From Bugula neritina (taxonomy: Eukaryota > Animalia > Bryozoa): a stretch of DNA of 64,000 nt. This document shows positions 40,518 through 55,500 of the stretch, one piece after another. The stretch is taken from the NCBI GenBank assembly GCA_964035545.1, contig OZ037769.1, forward strand, positions 13,112,633 through 13,176,632, given 5' to 3'. A model generated the notes under the pieces. That model saw only the letters and a program-made list of their open reading frames with translations, had not been told where the DNA came from and did no database searches. A program made the translations under genes and the position numbers. Within the stretch, counting starts at the first letter, position 1; every line of letters begins with the position of its first letter.

Positions 40518-43500
40518 ATGTTTATTTATTTAAGTAAAAAGGTAAGGTAACAAATATTCATACTCATCATAATCATAATGACTATGAGTCATAATTTAAA
40601 TTATACTCGTACTCATAGTTATAGTATCAGTATAAGTCCTACTGATACTGATGTTGATAGTAATACTAATAGAAATACTAATACTAATAATATTAGACTT
40701 ATTAATACTAATCGCAATAGCAATATCATTGATTCTAAGACTAATAGTAATTGTTATAGTTATTAACTTTAAGTCTAATTTTGATCTGTAAAACTAAAAG
40801 TAAATACTAGGACTTCTTAAGTATTACTAGTAGTAGTAGTAGTACTAGTAGTTGTTGTTGTAGTAGTTTAATGCTGATAGACTAATCACTAATGTAATAA
40901 TCATATTTATCATAGCAGTCATGCTAATAGTAATAGTAATACTAATAGTAATACTAATAGTAGTACAATAATTAGTGATAATGGTTCTTATATAATAAAA
41001 ATAAAATGAATCATTTCAAATAAATCTCTGCACAGCATTAATGATTATTAATCATATTGTTGTTAATTTTTGTTCTATCTTGTAACAAGTTTTTTGTAAA
41101 AGTATATTGGTGTAATTAATAGAAAGATTATTTCAGCACTTGCTATAGGTTTTAAAAATGATTTAAAATTAGTTGTTTTTACCTCAACCAGTCTGGAAAT
41201 CTGTTTCAAAACGTTGTGCCAAGTTACTCTGAATCATCAATTAAATTGAATCAGTAATTCAAGTCAATGACCATGATTAGTCACATCAATTTATGACTAA
41301 ACCTTACACAGGTTGGCTGCTGAATCAGGTTTGATATTGTTAGTATTTAAATAAAAAGCTATTTGGTAGCGTAACTAGCTATGATCAACAAGTTACATAA
41401 CAAACAAAATTTCGTCTTTAAGGTAGACCTTGTTTGCATACTGTTCAATATTTTAATTTTATAGATAGCCATTCCTAACAACATCCGACTTCAATATATT
41501 TCCTGGAACAGGGAAGAAGGCTACATAGCATGCGGGGGAGACGATGGTCTTCTTCGTGTCCTTAGACTTGAGGCACCTCCAGGTAATTTCTGTGACGTAT
41601 CAACTTACTTAACCAAATAAAACTATCTACTAAGTCTAATTAGTTCAATGGCTAACCTTATCTTGCGTGCTCCAGGTGGCACAATTAAAGGACTGGCTGC
41701 ACCCAACAATCTATCCATGAATCAAACCTTAGAGGGTCACAATGGAACTGTCCAGGTTGTAACATGGAATGAACATTACCAGAAGTTGACTACCAGTGAC
41801 CAACATGGTCTCATCATTGTTTGGAGCCTATACAAGGGTAATTCAGTACAATCTGTTAAGGTCACTGTGACAGCTCAAACATTGCAGTGTCAAGGTCACT
41901 TTCACAGCTCAAACATTGCAGCATCAAGGTCACTGTCACAGCTCAAGCATTGCAGTGTCAAGGTCACTGTCACAGCTCAAGCATTGCAGTGTCAAGGTCA
42001 CTGTTACAGCTAAGCATTGCAGTTTTAAGGTCACTTTTGTAAAACTCCAATGGCATTCTAAACCCACCATATACTCGTCAGTTGAGCTATATAATTTAAG
42101 TATGTTTAATTTGATGGATCTTGCAACCTGCAATTTCTTAAGTGAAATTAGTTTACTGTACCTGTAACTTGAAATTTTAATTTTTGTAGCTTTTGTACTT
42201 TCTCTTCTTTAAATTAAAATTGTTGTATAAAATTGAGCTACATTCTTCTTATTATATAGATTATTGTTGGTAGCACATCCGCCCTACCCATGACCACCTT
42301 TTCGATACTTGTTTTACTCACCATGTACACATTGTCACGTAACTATTAAGAAAGGTTGTACCTCACAAATGGGTGCTACTTACACACCACTACAACTTTT
42401 TTGCTTTAAATAGACTTTTGACTTATTTTAAGTCATTGAATTTCTCGTTTATAGATCATTTAAGGTTTTCATCGGTACTTGTTAAATTGCTATCTGGTGT
42501 TTACAGGGTCGTGGTACGAGGAGATGATAAACAATCGAAACAAGTCGGTTGTACGAAGCATGAAGTGGAACGCTGAGGGTCAGAAGATATGCATCGTCTA
42601 TGAGGACGGGGCAGTTATTGTAGGCTCCGTAGATGGTAACAGGATATGGGGCAAAGACCTCAAAGGATGTACTCTTGCTGCTGTTGAGGTAATAGACGTG
42701 TACCTAATTATCAATAGCTAATATGTCTGTGTGCCTAATTATTGTATTTGTGTATTCTGTCTAAAACTGTCATGCTGTGAAATTTATATACAAGTGCGTG
42801 TAAAAAAAATTTGCTGCCAACGGGTATTGAACCGCAGACTTCCAGCTTGCCAACCATTGCGCTAGTCATTACTGATTACACTATAGGGGCTATGGCAGAA
42901 TCAGTGGTGAATGGTTGGGTCTAAATTTGTTTCTATCAATTTTACCAATTAGTGATTGGTGAGCAGCTTTATACAGTTTTTAAAAAGTAGTTGTTTAACA
43001 TGATGATGACAAACTTATTTTAACTTTTTTAACTTGGTTTTTAGTTGGTGTACCCTCGTGTTTTAACTTGTTTATATTGTCAGTTAGACTCTGATTTTAT
43101 TTTGTTTGTACTGTAAATCTTTAATTCACCGTGAGGTTTCTTTAGTAACCTGATTTTCCCTTTCCACTATTTTATATCCAAGTTTTCTGATAATATTATT
43201 ACTTTTACACTCAGATTCTACGGCTCAAGTAATGTATAAATTATTTTTTGAGGAAAAAATTATTGGCATGAAGCAAATAAACTCTAGTCATTTTATCCTA
43301 GTAAGGTGTTGAAAAGAGAGAACACAACTTTTAAAAGTTGAAAAGCTATTCACATTGCATATTTTTAGACTAACCCCCCCCCCCCCCCCCGATCAAACTA
43401 TTAGCCTCCAGTTCTGAAACTTATTCAATTTTTCAAAGTTACTCTATATGAATATACTGATGTGTTCACATATTAGCATTGTAATAGTTTGTATTAAACA

Positions 43501-46500
43501 ATTTGCCATTTTAACAACTAAATTACATCAATAATCAAATAAAGGGATAGTTTGTATGTTATGGTGACATTGCAGTGGGCCCCGGATGGTAAGATGATCT
43601 TGTTTGGTATGAGCAACGCTGAGGTTCATATCTACGACAGTCTTGGAAACTTCATGGTGAGTCACTATCACTTTATCACTATTACTCTGTCACTATTACT
43701 TTATTACCATCACTCTGCAATGACTAAACTGTCATATACGTTCATTCATTCACTCTGTAGAAGAAACTACTTTATCCTATATATTGATGAATGAAAACAA
43801 TATAATTATTATTAAGCTGGTTATTATAATATGTATAATATAAAAGATAATATATATTCTAATGTATAATAATAGAGTTTTTGTATAGTGTTTGGTTTGA
43901 GTTGTGATTCCATCTCTATCAGTTACTGTGATGTGTTTCAGTCAAAGCTGTCAGTCATTTGTCTGAATAACCTTGACTCTCATAACGTAAAGATAGTCGG
44001 CTTAGAGTGGTACAAAGGAGAGCACGGCTATGTAGAGGTCGACTGTCCTTGTCTAGCCGTCTGCTTCAACAACGGCAGATGTCAGATCATGAGACACGAG
44101 GCCGACGAAGGTACGACTTGAGCAAAAGTTTCTTTGTGTAGAGTGAAGTTTCAATCTTCAAATTTTATTTAATCAGTTCCTGATGCAAGGTTAAGTGCAA
44201 CATAAAGTTTTAGTTTTTACACTGGATAGCTGTGACAGTCTTCAGAATGTCGCATAGCTATGTGATTTAGAATACTAAAGAACTAACTGAAGTGAGATGT
44301 GCGTAATTTTTGCATGTTCTACTTATTCAAATTGTCTTCTCTTGTCAAAGCTACTCTCCTTGTTGGAGTTGCCTTCTTTAATCAACTTTCTTCTATCTGT
44401 TGAGATTGTTTTCTCTCTTCAACTCTATCGTGCTTGTAGAACCCATTCTGATAGACACGGGAATGTCGGTGATGCAATGTTTGTGGAATCACCGTGGCGA
44501 TACCCTGGCCGTCTGCGGCTCACAGAGAGCTCTAGATAAAGATGTCAATGTAGTTCAGTTCTACACTCCCTTTGGAGAGGTAATTGTTTACTCTGCAGTA
44601 ACACCTCGCAATCAGGGCGTATGACAGAACAGTCTTTAGCTAGCTAATGATTTATAACTTCAACATGCTGCAAATGTAAAAAGGTGTACAACATTATATC
44701 ATGTGGCAGTGTTGGAGTAAATAATTCTGTAATTTTGAAACATATTTCTTGAAGCTTCAATTTGCTGCTATTAGTGACTATTAGTACCATGTGGAAGTTA
44801 TTATCACTATCAATGTCGGTTGCGACTGTAGTATTTACTATAACTACATGTTGGCATCAGTTATTACTGTAGAATTTTATTGTCACTGTTGGTATCAGTT
44901 GTGACTAAGAAGTTTACTATTAACTTTAAGTACCAGCTACTGGAGTGCATACAACATGTGTTATTGATGCCGGTTAGTATGCTGCTGTCCTACAAATTCG
45001 GAATTTTTATCCCGCTGTCAATCTCATCGTCTTTCTGGTATCACTCGGCATTTTATTGCTGCCCGCTATGAAGCTTCATCAACTCTCAATATAAGACTAT
45101 GGAAGTATTTCTGTATGTGACATATTCCAAGTTTATAGACTGATAATTCCGTCTCTTTCAGCATCTGAGGACTCTGAAGGTACCGGGCAAACAGCTCACT
45201 AGCTGTGCCTGGGAGGGAGGCAGTCTACGAATTGCTTTAGCTGTTGATGCATTCATCTACTTTGCCAACATCAGACCAGATTACAAGGTGCGTGTGTGTA
45301 ACAGGGGTTAGGATTGGATGTCAATATGTAGCAAGTATTACTATTGGACGAGAATATGTACCAAGTAACGAGTGTTGGTATTGGATGTGAATATATAGCA
45401 AGTTGATTTATTCACTATATTATATTTACAGTGGGGGTACTTCAGTAATACTGTATAGTATATATATTCACTATATACTTACAGTGGGGGTACTTCAGTA
45501 ATACTGTATAGTATATATATTCACTATATACTTACAGTGGGGGTACTTCAGTAATACTGTATAGTATATATATTCACTATATACTTACAGTGGGGGTACT
45601 TCAGTAATACTGTATAGTATATATATTCACTATATACTTACAGTGGGGGTACTTCAGTAATACTGTATAGTATATATATTCACAATATACTTACAGGGGG
45701 GTACTTCAGTAATACTGTATAGTATATATATTCACTATATACTTACAGTGGGGGTACTTCAGTAATACTGTATAGTATATATATTCACAATATACTTACA
45801 GTGGGGGTACTTCAGTAATACTGTAGTCTATTCGTTCACCAAACCTGACAGAAATGAAACTACAATTCTCTTCTGGGACATCAAGAATGACGAGGTAAGT
45901 TCACGCTGGTTGTATACAGTAAGTAGAAGTAATGTAAGTTCATATTGGTTGTATACAGTAAGTATAAGTAATGTAAGTTCACATTGGTTGTATAACACTC
46001 TGCAATCAAAAGTAGCTGAATAATTAGAAAAAAACATGGGAAATCAAGCAAAATTAAGAAGAACCTTAATTATTCATTCAGATTTTACTATTTTTGAGCA
46101 AAAAGCCATGTTCATTACCAGCTAAATTGTAAAAAATAGCTAAAAATTGGAGATTTCCAGTGTGTACTAAATTAAGTAAAATGACCCATGATTTTTGACT
46201 GACAGCGAATCATGTCTTCATATTACAGAAAGTAATGAAATATGCTAAGAGTCTGCTGGGTATCTCGGCATGTGGAGATTACTGCTGTGTTTCTTCAAGA
46301 ATTGATGAAGAAGTCGGGCAGGTAGTTGAATCCCCTCAAAGTCTTGTATATAAGTATTAGTTTTAGTGTATAGTTTATACTTTATACTCTATATACTCAC
46401 GTATTATACTGTATACTCACATATTATACTGTATACTCACATGTTATACTGTATACTCACATGTTATACTGTATACTCGCATATTATACTGTATACTCGC

Positions 46501-49500
46501 ATGTTATACTGTATACTCGCATGTTATACTGTATACTCACATGTTATACTGTATACTCACATGTTATACTGTATACTCACATGTTATACTGTATACTCGC
46601 ATATTATACTGTATACTCACATGTTATACTGTATACTCACATATTATACTTTATACTCACATATTATACTGTATACTCACATATTATACTGTATACCCAC
46701 ATACTATACTGTATACTCACATATTATACTGTATATTGCATTATTTTCTCCCATTCAGTATTCCCTGCAACTATTCAATGGTATTGGCACAATCATTGAG
46801 GCAAAGTACATAGAGATGGAGCCTGTGTTCCTAGCCATGACTAAGACACACGTGGTTGTGGCCTCCCGAGAGGCCTTCTATACTTGGCAGTTCAAGAATC
46901 CTAAGAAACTGGTGAATATTGAGATTTCAGGGAAACGTAAAGCAGGGATGGAAAAGTATGTGAATTACTATTATTAGTCAGTTACTGTATACTGTTAGTT
47001 ACTGTATACGGTTAGTTACTGTATACTGTTAGTTACTGTATACCGTTAGTTACTATATATAACTGTTAGTTACTATATACTGTCAGTTACTATATATACT
47101 GTTAGTTACTATATATACTGTTAGTTACTATATACTGTTAGTTACTATATACTGTTAGTTACTGTATACTGTTAGTTACTGTATACTGCTAGTTACTATA
47201 TACTGTTAGTTACTGTATACTGTTAGTTACTATATACTGTTAGTTACTATATACTGTTAGTTACTGTATACTGTTAGTTACTATATATACTGTTAGTTAC
47301 TATATACTGTTAGTTACTATATACTGTTAGTTACTATATACTGTTAGTTACTATATACTGTTAGTTACTGTATACTGTTAGTTACTATATACTGTTAGTT
47401 ACTATATACTGTTAGTTACTGTATACTGTTAGTTACTATATATACTGTTAGTTACTATATACTGTTAGTTACTGTATACTGTTAGTTACTGTATACTGTT
47501 AGTTACTATATACTGTTAGTTACTATATACTGTCAGTTACTATATATACTGTTAGTTACTATATAATGTTAGTTACTATATACTGTTAGTTACTATATAC
47601 TGTTAGTTACTATATACTGTTAGTTACTGTATACTGCTAGTTACTGTATACTGTTTGCTCACCGTTGTTAACACATTCCACATGTATTCTAGCCTACATA
47701 CTGTGTTTTTATAGCCTATGTTCTATGTGCATTATAGCCTTCGTTCTATGTGTACTCTGTAGGCTCTACCACATTGATGACGTCCCATCAAACACTGGTC
47801 CCGACACTATAGACTTCAACCAGGCTTTTGCCGAGACCAAAGACCCGATTTGTTCGATATGTGCCTCTGAAACAACTCTCATTGTTGTGAGTAGATAACT
47901 CCTATCTTTCTCTGCATACCTACATTTTATCTCATTTATTCCATTTGTTCTAGTAAACCTCTTTTGATTTATGTTATATTCAGTGGAAAGTGACTTCAAT
48001 TAGAATTTAGCCTGAGTTTTCTCTTGCAGGGGCGTGAATCAGGGACGCTTCACAGGTACACCCTACCTCTAGTCAATCTGACGTGTAAATATAACTTGTC
48101 GTCTCGACCCCATCAGCTTGCTCTCAACTCCAATTCCACGTAAGCATTACCTTATCACATGCCTACTCATTTAGTGGCTGGTTTGTTATATGACAGTTTA
48201 TTACCTAGTCTGTTTATTCAGTCACTCTATGCGTTATTCAAGTGAGCGCTTGAGTAATAGTACTTAGGGAGCAGCCGTGGTCTAGGAGTTAGTAAACACG
48301 AAGTTATGGGTTCAAGCCCAGACAAAGGTCATTGGTGATGTTAGGAAGAGCATCCAGTCATAATTGCTCCTGTGCCCCATCTGAATAAGTCCTTAGCCTA
48401 ATTTAACAAAAACCCTTTCCATCAGGGGTTTCTCACATGGATGGTAACTATGAACAATTGTGTGAGTTTATTTTGGTAATAGTACTTGACAAAGCTTTTG
48501 CAAACTAAATTCTTTTTGTGTACAGCATATCAACTGGTAGACATTAAATCGCCACGTATTCTTCAAAGGTGATTAGATCACCAAGTTTGAACTGAATTTA
48601 TATTTCTATGTTGTGTCACTTAGTTCTGTTTGCTTTGTGTCACAGGAGACTGTCTATAATAGACATTGCTGGTGTGCTGACCTTCTTTGACCTTGAAACT
48701 CGCACGACTGATGCTAACGGCAAGGAGGTGATTGGCCAGCAGCTGGCGCAAGAAAGAAAGGATGTCTGGGATATGAAGTGGGCGGATGACAACCCGGAAC
48801 TCTTTGCTATGATGGAGAAAACCAGGATGTATGTTTTCAGGAACATGGAGCCTGAGGTGGGTGTGGCTAATGGGCATTGTAACTGAGGTGGGTGTGGCTA
48901 CTGAACATGGAGCTTGAGTGGGGGTGTGACTTTTAAGTATTGGGCCTATGGTGGATGGGGCTAATAAATGTAGAGCTTGAGGTGGGTGGGTCTAGTCAAC
49001 AATAATTCTGGAGTAGGTGTGGTTATTAAGCATTGGGCATGTGGTGGGTGTAGCTAATCAACATAAAACTTGAAGTGGGTGTGGCTAATAACCATAGAGC
49101 TTAAGGTGGGTGCGGCTAATAAGCATCAGATTTGAGGTGGCTATGGCTAATGAGCCAAAGGGTTGCACTTTATAGAATTAGAGGTAGGTGTGGTTAATGA
49201 ATGTAGAGCCTATGTTGGGTGGAGATAATTTTCATAGGATGTGGCACAGCTTATAAATATAGAGCCAAAGGGTATTTAATGTAGAAACAAAAAGTAAAAT
49301 TTGACTGTTCAAGACAGCTGATATGATTAGATATAATCTAAGCTGCAATTAATTCAACTTAGGTAAAGCTGAAAATGTAACACACAAAGTTAACATTTGG
49401 TTTGAATATAATTATTGTCATGTGATGATATGATACTGTACCACATAGGAGCCAATACCCACCAGTGGATATATCTGTGAGTTCAGTGACCTCCAGATAC

Positions 49501-52500
49501 AGTCCGTACTGCTGGATGAAATACTCAAGGATCCTGAGGCACCAACCAAGGACAACATAACAGAACACGAAATCAAGGTGATAAGTAGCTTATATAATAG
49601 TCTGCTGTTTTACTAACACTGACTGGGGTTTAGTGTGGTAGACTCCTCTACTTTACACTAAAGTTATTTATACTAACTTACTAACTCACTTACTTACTCA
49701 CTTACTAACTTACTAACTTACTTTCTTACTAACTTACTTACTCATTTGCTTACCCACTCACTTACTTATTTATTAACTTACTTATTCATTTACTTACACA
49801 CTTACTTACTCACTCATTTACTTGCTTACTTACTTACTATAGTTCTAAGTATGATTGCAGAGGATACAATTTAATACTAGCATGGCTTTGATAGGTGAGT
49901 CAGGAGCTGAATGCTTTGGTTTAAATTTTTTTCTATTAGAACTAATAAAGTGAGTTGGAACTGATGAAATATATTTAACAACTTTAAATCATGTTCACAG
50001 CTGCCTGTTCCATTACAATCTAGTTTATTCTGCACTCTGAAGATGACCATATCATTTATTTAAGCATGGATTCATTGGTGTGACTCAGTTTATTCCAACA
50101 TAAGACTTAAAACCCCAATGCAGAGTCTATGTGGGTACACTAGAAATATGTAGAACTCTAGTTTCAATGTTTCAATGAAAAAGCCACCATGTCCCGTATA
50201 TCCCAATTCACTAAAAAAATAGGAAAAGAGCATAGGAAATCAAGCAAAATTAGATAAAACCTGGATTATTTAATTGTATTTGTTCATATTTTATTAGATT
50301 AGGGCAAAATCACTTACATTAGCAGCTAAGTTGTGAAAAACAACTAAAAAAAAGTCTGTAATGATTTAAGTAAAATGGTTCATGTAGAACTCTAGTTTCA
50401 ATTTGACTACTACTTGTAGTCGCTGAGAGACACCAGGGATCTCTTGGAGAAGGTTGGCTTACAGGACTCCCAAAGATTTATAGAGGAGAACCCACACCCC
50501 AGGCTATGGAGGCTGTTAGCTGAGTCAGCATTGGAGTTGCAGGAGTTTCCTGTGGCTGAGACAGCGTTTGTGAAGTGTAAAGACTATCCAGGAATTGAGT
50601 TTGTCAAAAGACTGGGAAACCTTCAGGTTAGTTTATGTCATCGGATTAGTCTTGGTGGAATGAGTAATAGTTTACTGAAAGTGTGTCACCAATTAATCGG
50701 TTAGTCATAGTCATTAGTCTTAGTTATTGGTCATTAGTTAAAAGTCATTAGTCATCAGTCTTTAGTCTTAGTCATTAGTTGTTAGTCTCAGTCGTTTTCA
50801 TAGGTTACTCACATAGTCAGTGAAGAAATATTTAGTCACTAAGTTGAGAAGAATCATATCTAAATAGAGCTAGAGTATTCATTGTTCACTGTATAATCTA
50901 AGGTTTTCTATACAAGTGAGTATTTTGTAAATGTTGTGTCGTGTGTATTTTATAATAGAGTGAGTCCCTCAAACAAGCTGAAGTTGCTGCATATTTTGGT
51001 TTTTATGACGAAGCTGAGGCTATTTACATTGAACTCGACCGAAGGTAAGATCTCGTTCTAGCCTTTTTCTCAGTCCCCTCTATTCTATTAATTATCATGT
51101 GTTTTATGCAGTAAATATGTAGGTGGATAATTTTTATTAGTCTCGACATTTATATGACCTTCAACTCAACATTGTGTCTTATATTTGAAGTTCATTGGTC
51201 AACTGGTATTTGTAATCTCTCTTGCTGGCAAATCATTTGTTAACTGATAGTTTACAGAGTGTGTTATTGTTTATATAATATTATATTTATACAATATTAT
51301 AGTTATATAATATTGTATATTTACACAGTATTATATTAATATATGCCATTTTTGCGCTGATTTTTCACCTTAGTAACGATACCATTTGATGGCTATTTCA
51401 ATCAGAGCATGACTTTATTGTATGTATTATATATGTTTAGTACTCAGTTTTGTAGTTCTTGAAGTTTTTTTCCACATCTTTGTTTGTAATATTGAAAAAG
51501 AGAATTTTTTATCTATATTGCCAGTGTTTTACTAAAATTGACTTGAAGCGTCGGATTGATACAAAGAAAGATGGTTCTTACTCTTTGTATACTTGGTTTT
51601 AAAACTTGCCTCTTTATAAAGATTATATAAATTTTAATGTACTTGTGTTTATAGAGTTAATATTACAGTATACATGTCTTTACAGATGTTATATATTACA
51701 GTATATACTTGTGTCTGTAGAGTATATATTACAATATACATGTGTTTACAGATGTTACATATTACAATATATACTTGTGTGTGTAGAGATCTCGCAGTTG
51801 CCCTCAGGAAGAAGCTGGGTGACTGGTTCAGGGTAGTGCAACTTCTAAAACAGGGCACAGCAGGGGGAGACGACACTCAACTTGAAGAGGCTTGGAATCA
51901 GATTGGAAATTATTACGCAGACAGACAGAAATGGTGAGTCAATTATTATATGGCATTAATATATATTATACAGTGCTAGTGCAGCTAGTAGTTTGAGGTT
52001 CCTTTTTCTAATCTCTTATTTTTATATGAATACACGGTACTTACTCTTTGGTACTACTCACTTATGTTTGTGCTACTTACTTTTAGTTCTACTTACTATT
52101 GTTACTACTTGTTCATTGGTACTTACTATATTGGTACTAATCACTCTGGGTACTACTCACTCGCTAGTACTACTCACTCGCTAGTACTACTCACTCGCTA
52201 GTACTACTCACTGTAGGTACTACTCACTCAAGGTACTACTCACTGTGGGTACTACCCACTGTGGGTACTACTCACTCAGGGTACTACTCACTGTGGGTAC
52301 TACTCACTAATTGGTACTAACTGTTATCTTGTTGCCAGGCAACAGGCCATTACCTTCTACGTACAAGGTAACAACCAGGAGAGACTAGCAGAGTGCTACT
52401 ATGTGCTGGAAGACTACAACGGACTGGAGAAGATGATGGAGTCTCTCCCCGACAACCACAAGTTGCTTCCCGACATCGCACAGCAGTTTGTCTCAGTTGG

Positions 52501-55500
52501 CATGGCAGAGCAGGCAGTGCAGGCGTTCACTAAGGTAGGCGGTAATATACTGTACAGTAATATACTGTACTGTAATATACTCTACTGTAATATGCTATAC
52601 AGTAATATACTGTACGGTAATATACTATACTGAGATATACTATACTGTATTATATTATACTGTAATATACTATACTGTAATATACTCTACTGTAATATGC
52701 TATACAGTAATATACTGTACTGTAATATACTGTACTGTAATATATTATACTGTAATATACTGTACTGTAATATAATGTACTATAATATACTCTACTGTAA
52801 TATACTGTACTGTAATATAATGTACTATAATATACTATACTGTAATATATTATACTGTAATATACTATACTGTAATATACTATACTGTAATATACTGTAC
52901 TGTAATATAATATACTGTAATATGCTATGCTGTAATATAATGTACTATAATATACTATACTGTATTATATTATACTGTAATATACTGTACTGTAATATAC
53001 TATACTGTAATATACTCTACTGTAATATACTATACTGTAATATACTATACTGTAATATACTATACTGTAATATATTGTACTGTAATATACTATACTGTAA
53101 TATACTATACTGTAGCATACGATACTGTAATATGCTATACTGTAATATACTATACTGTAATATACTATACTGTAATATACTGTACTGTAATATACTGTAC
53201 GGTAATATACTGTAATATGCTATACTGTAATATAATATACTGTAATATACTGTACTGTAATATACTATACTGTAATATACTTTACTGTAATATATTGTAC
53301 TGTAATATACTATACTGTAATATATTATACTGTATTATACTGTAATATGCTATGCTGTAATATACTGTACTGTAATATACTATACTGTAATATACTTTAC
53401 TGTAATATATTGTACTGTAATATACTATACTGTAATATATTATACTGTATTATACTGTAATATGCTATGCTGTAATATATTGTACTGCAATATACTGTAC
53501 TGTAATATACTATACTGTAGTATACTATACTGTAATATACTATACTGTAATATACTGTACTGTAATATATTGTACTGTAATATACTGTACTGTAATATAC
53601 TATACTGTAATATACTATATACTGTAATATACTATACTGTAATATACTTTACTGTAATATACTATACTGTGATATACTATACTGTAATATACTGTACTGT
53701 AATATACTGTACTGTAATATACAATACTTTAATATACTATACTGTAGTATACTCTACTGTAGTATACTATACTGTATTATACTATACTGTAATATATGAT
53801 ACTGTAATATACTGTACTGCAATATACTGTGCTGTAGTATACTATACTGTATTATACTATACTGTAATATATGATACTGTAATATGCTATATTGCAATAT
53901 ACTGTACTGTAGTATACTATACTGTAGTATACTATACTGTAGTATACTATACTGTAATATACTATACTGTAATATACTTTACTGAAATATATACTTTACT
54001 GTAATATATTGTACTGTGATATACTATACTGTAATATACTGTACTGTAATATACTATACTGTAATATACTATACTGAGATATACTATACTATAATATATG
54101 TTACTGTAATATACTGTACTGCAATATACTGTACTGTAATATACTCTACTGTAATATACTATACTGTAATATACTATATTGTATTATACTGTAATATACT
54201 ATACTGTAGCATACTATACTGAGGTATACTATACTATAATATATGATACTGTAATGTACAATATTGCAGTGTAACAAGATCAAGAAGGCTATAGACTCCT
54301 GTGTGATGCTCAACCAATGGAGTATGGCGATAGATTTAGCTAAGGAACACAATGTCAAGGACATCGACTCTCTACTCGCTACGTACGCTAAGCATCTACT
54401 TAGTAAGCAGAAGGTGCTCAGTGCCATTGAGCTCTACAGGAAAGCTGGTAGATTCCTCGAAGCTGCTAAACTTATGTACAAAGTAAGTGTAGATGTCTAT
54501 GGTGAATTTACTCTATGCGTATGAATTGTACTTTAGTTTGTATTTTCTACTTCAAAAAAGAATATTCAGTAATCCTACTTAGTTTCACGATCTCTGGTGT
54601 TACCGTGTGGCTGTGCACGCTGGTTTCTATACAAGTGTTTCACTGTGTGGATAACATGTCTACTTGTAAATTTATACGGTTTGTAAAATCACCAGGGGGG
54701 GATGGTTTAGCCGGAGTCATTTATAGGATAGTATATATTATAGATGCAGTCTATTTCATTGTAGTACTCTTTTATTGCTAAAGCTGTTATACATCCATAT
54801 ACAGCTATACTATATATTTTATATGCATATCTACTACTATGTTATGTAATATTGCGTAGTAGTGGATATGCTATACTACAAAACTAAAATACCTGCTATA
54901 CATATAACTACTACAGCTATACTACTACATAGTACTTGCTATACATATTTCTACTACGCTACTCTATAATATATTAACACCTGCTATACTACCTGCTATA
55001 CATATAACTACTACAGCTACACTACTACATAGTACCTGCTATACATATTTCTACTATTATACTCTATAATATAACACCTGCTATACTACCTGCTATACAT
55101 ATAACTACTACAGCTACACTACTACATAGTACCTGCTATACATATTTCTACTATTATACTCTATAATATAACACCTGCTGTACTATTCCTATACTATATA
55201 ATATAACACATGCTATACTATTCCTATACTATATAATATAACACATACTATACTATTCCTATACTATATAATACATGCTATACTATTGCTATATAATATA
55301 ACACATACTATACTATTCCTATACTATATAATATAACACATGCTGTACTATTGCTATACTATATAATGTAATACATGCTATGCTATTGCTATACTATATA
55401 ACATAATACATGCTATGCTATTGCTATAATGTTAGCTGGCAGATGATCAGAGTAAGATGGAAACTGCACAGCCTAAGAGAATCAAGAAGATGTACGTGTT

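Noticed and set aside
45410-45826. CRISPR-like regular array
   Set aside because: No unique spacers; eukaryotic intronic tandem repeat.
50037-50090. CTGAAGA as a second hammerhead core
   Set aside because: No GAAA and no compatible stems.
46366-54222. Long Tyr/Cys/Ile-rich ORFs in WDR35 introns
   Set aside because: Translations of minisatellites.
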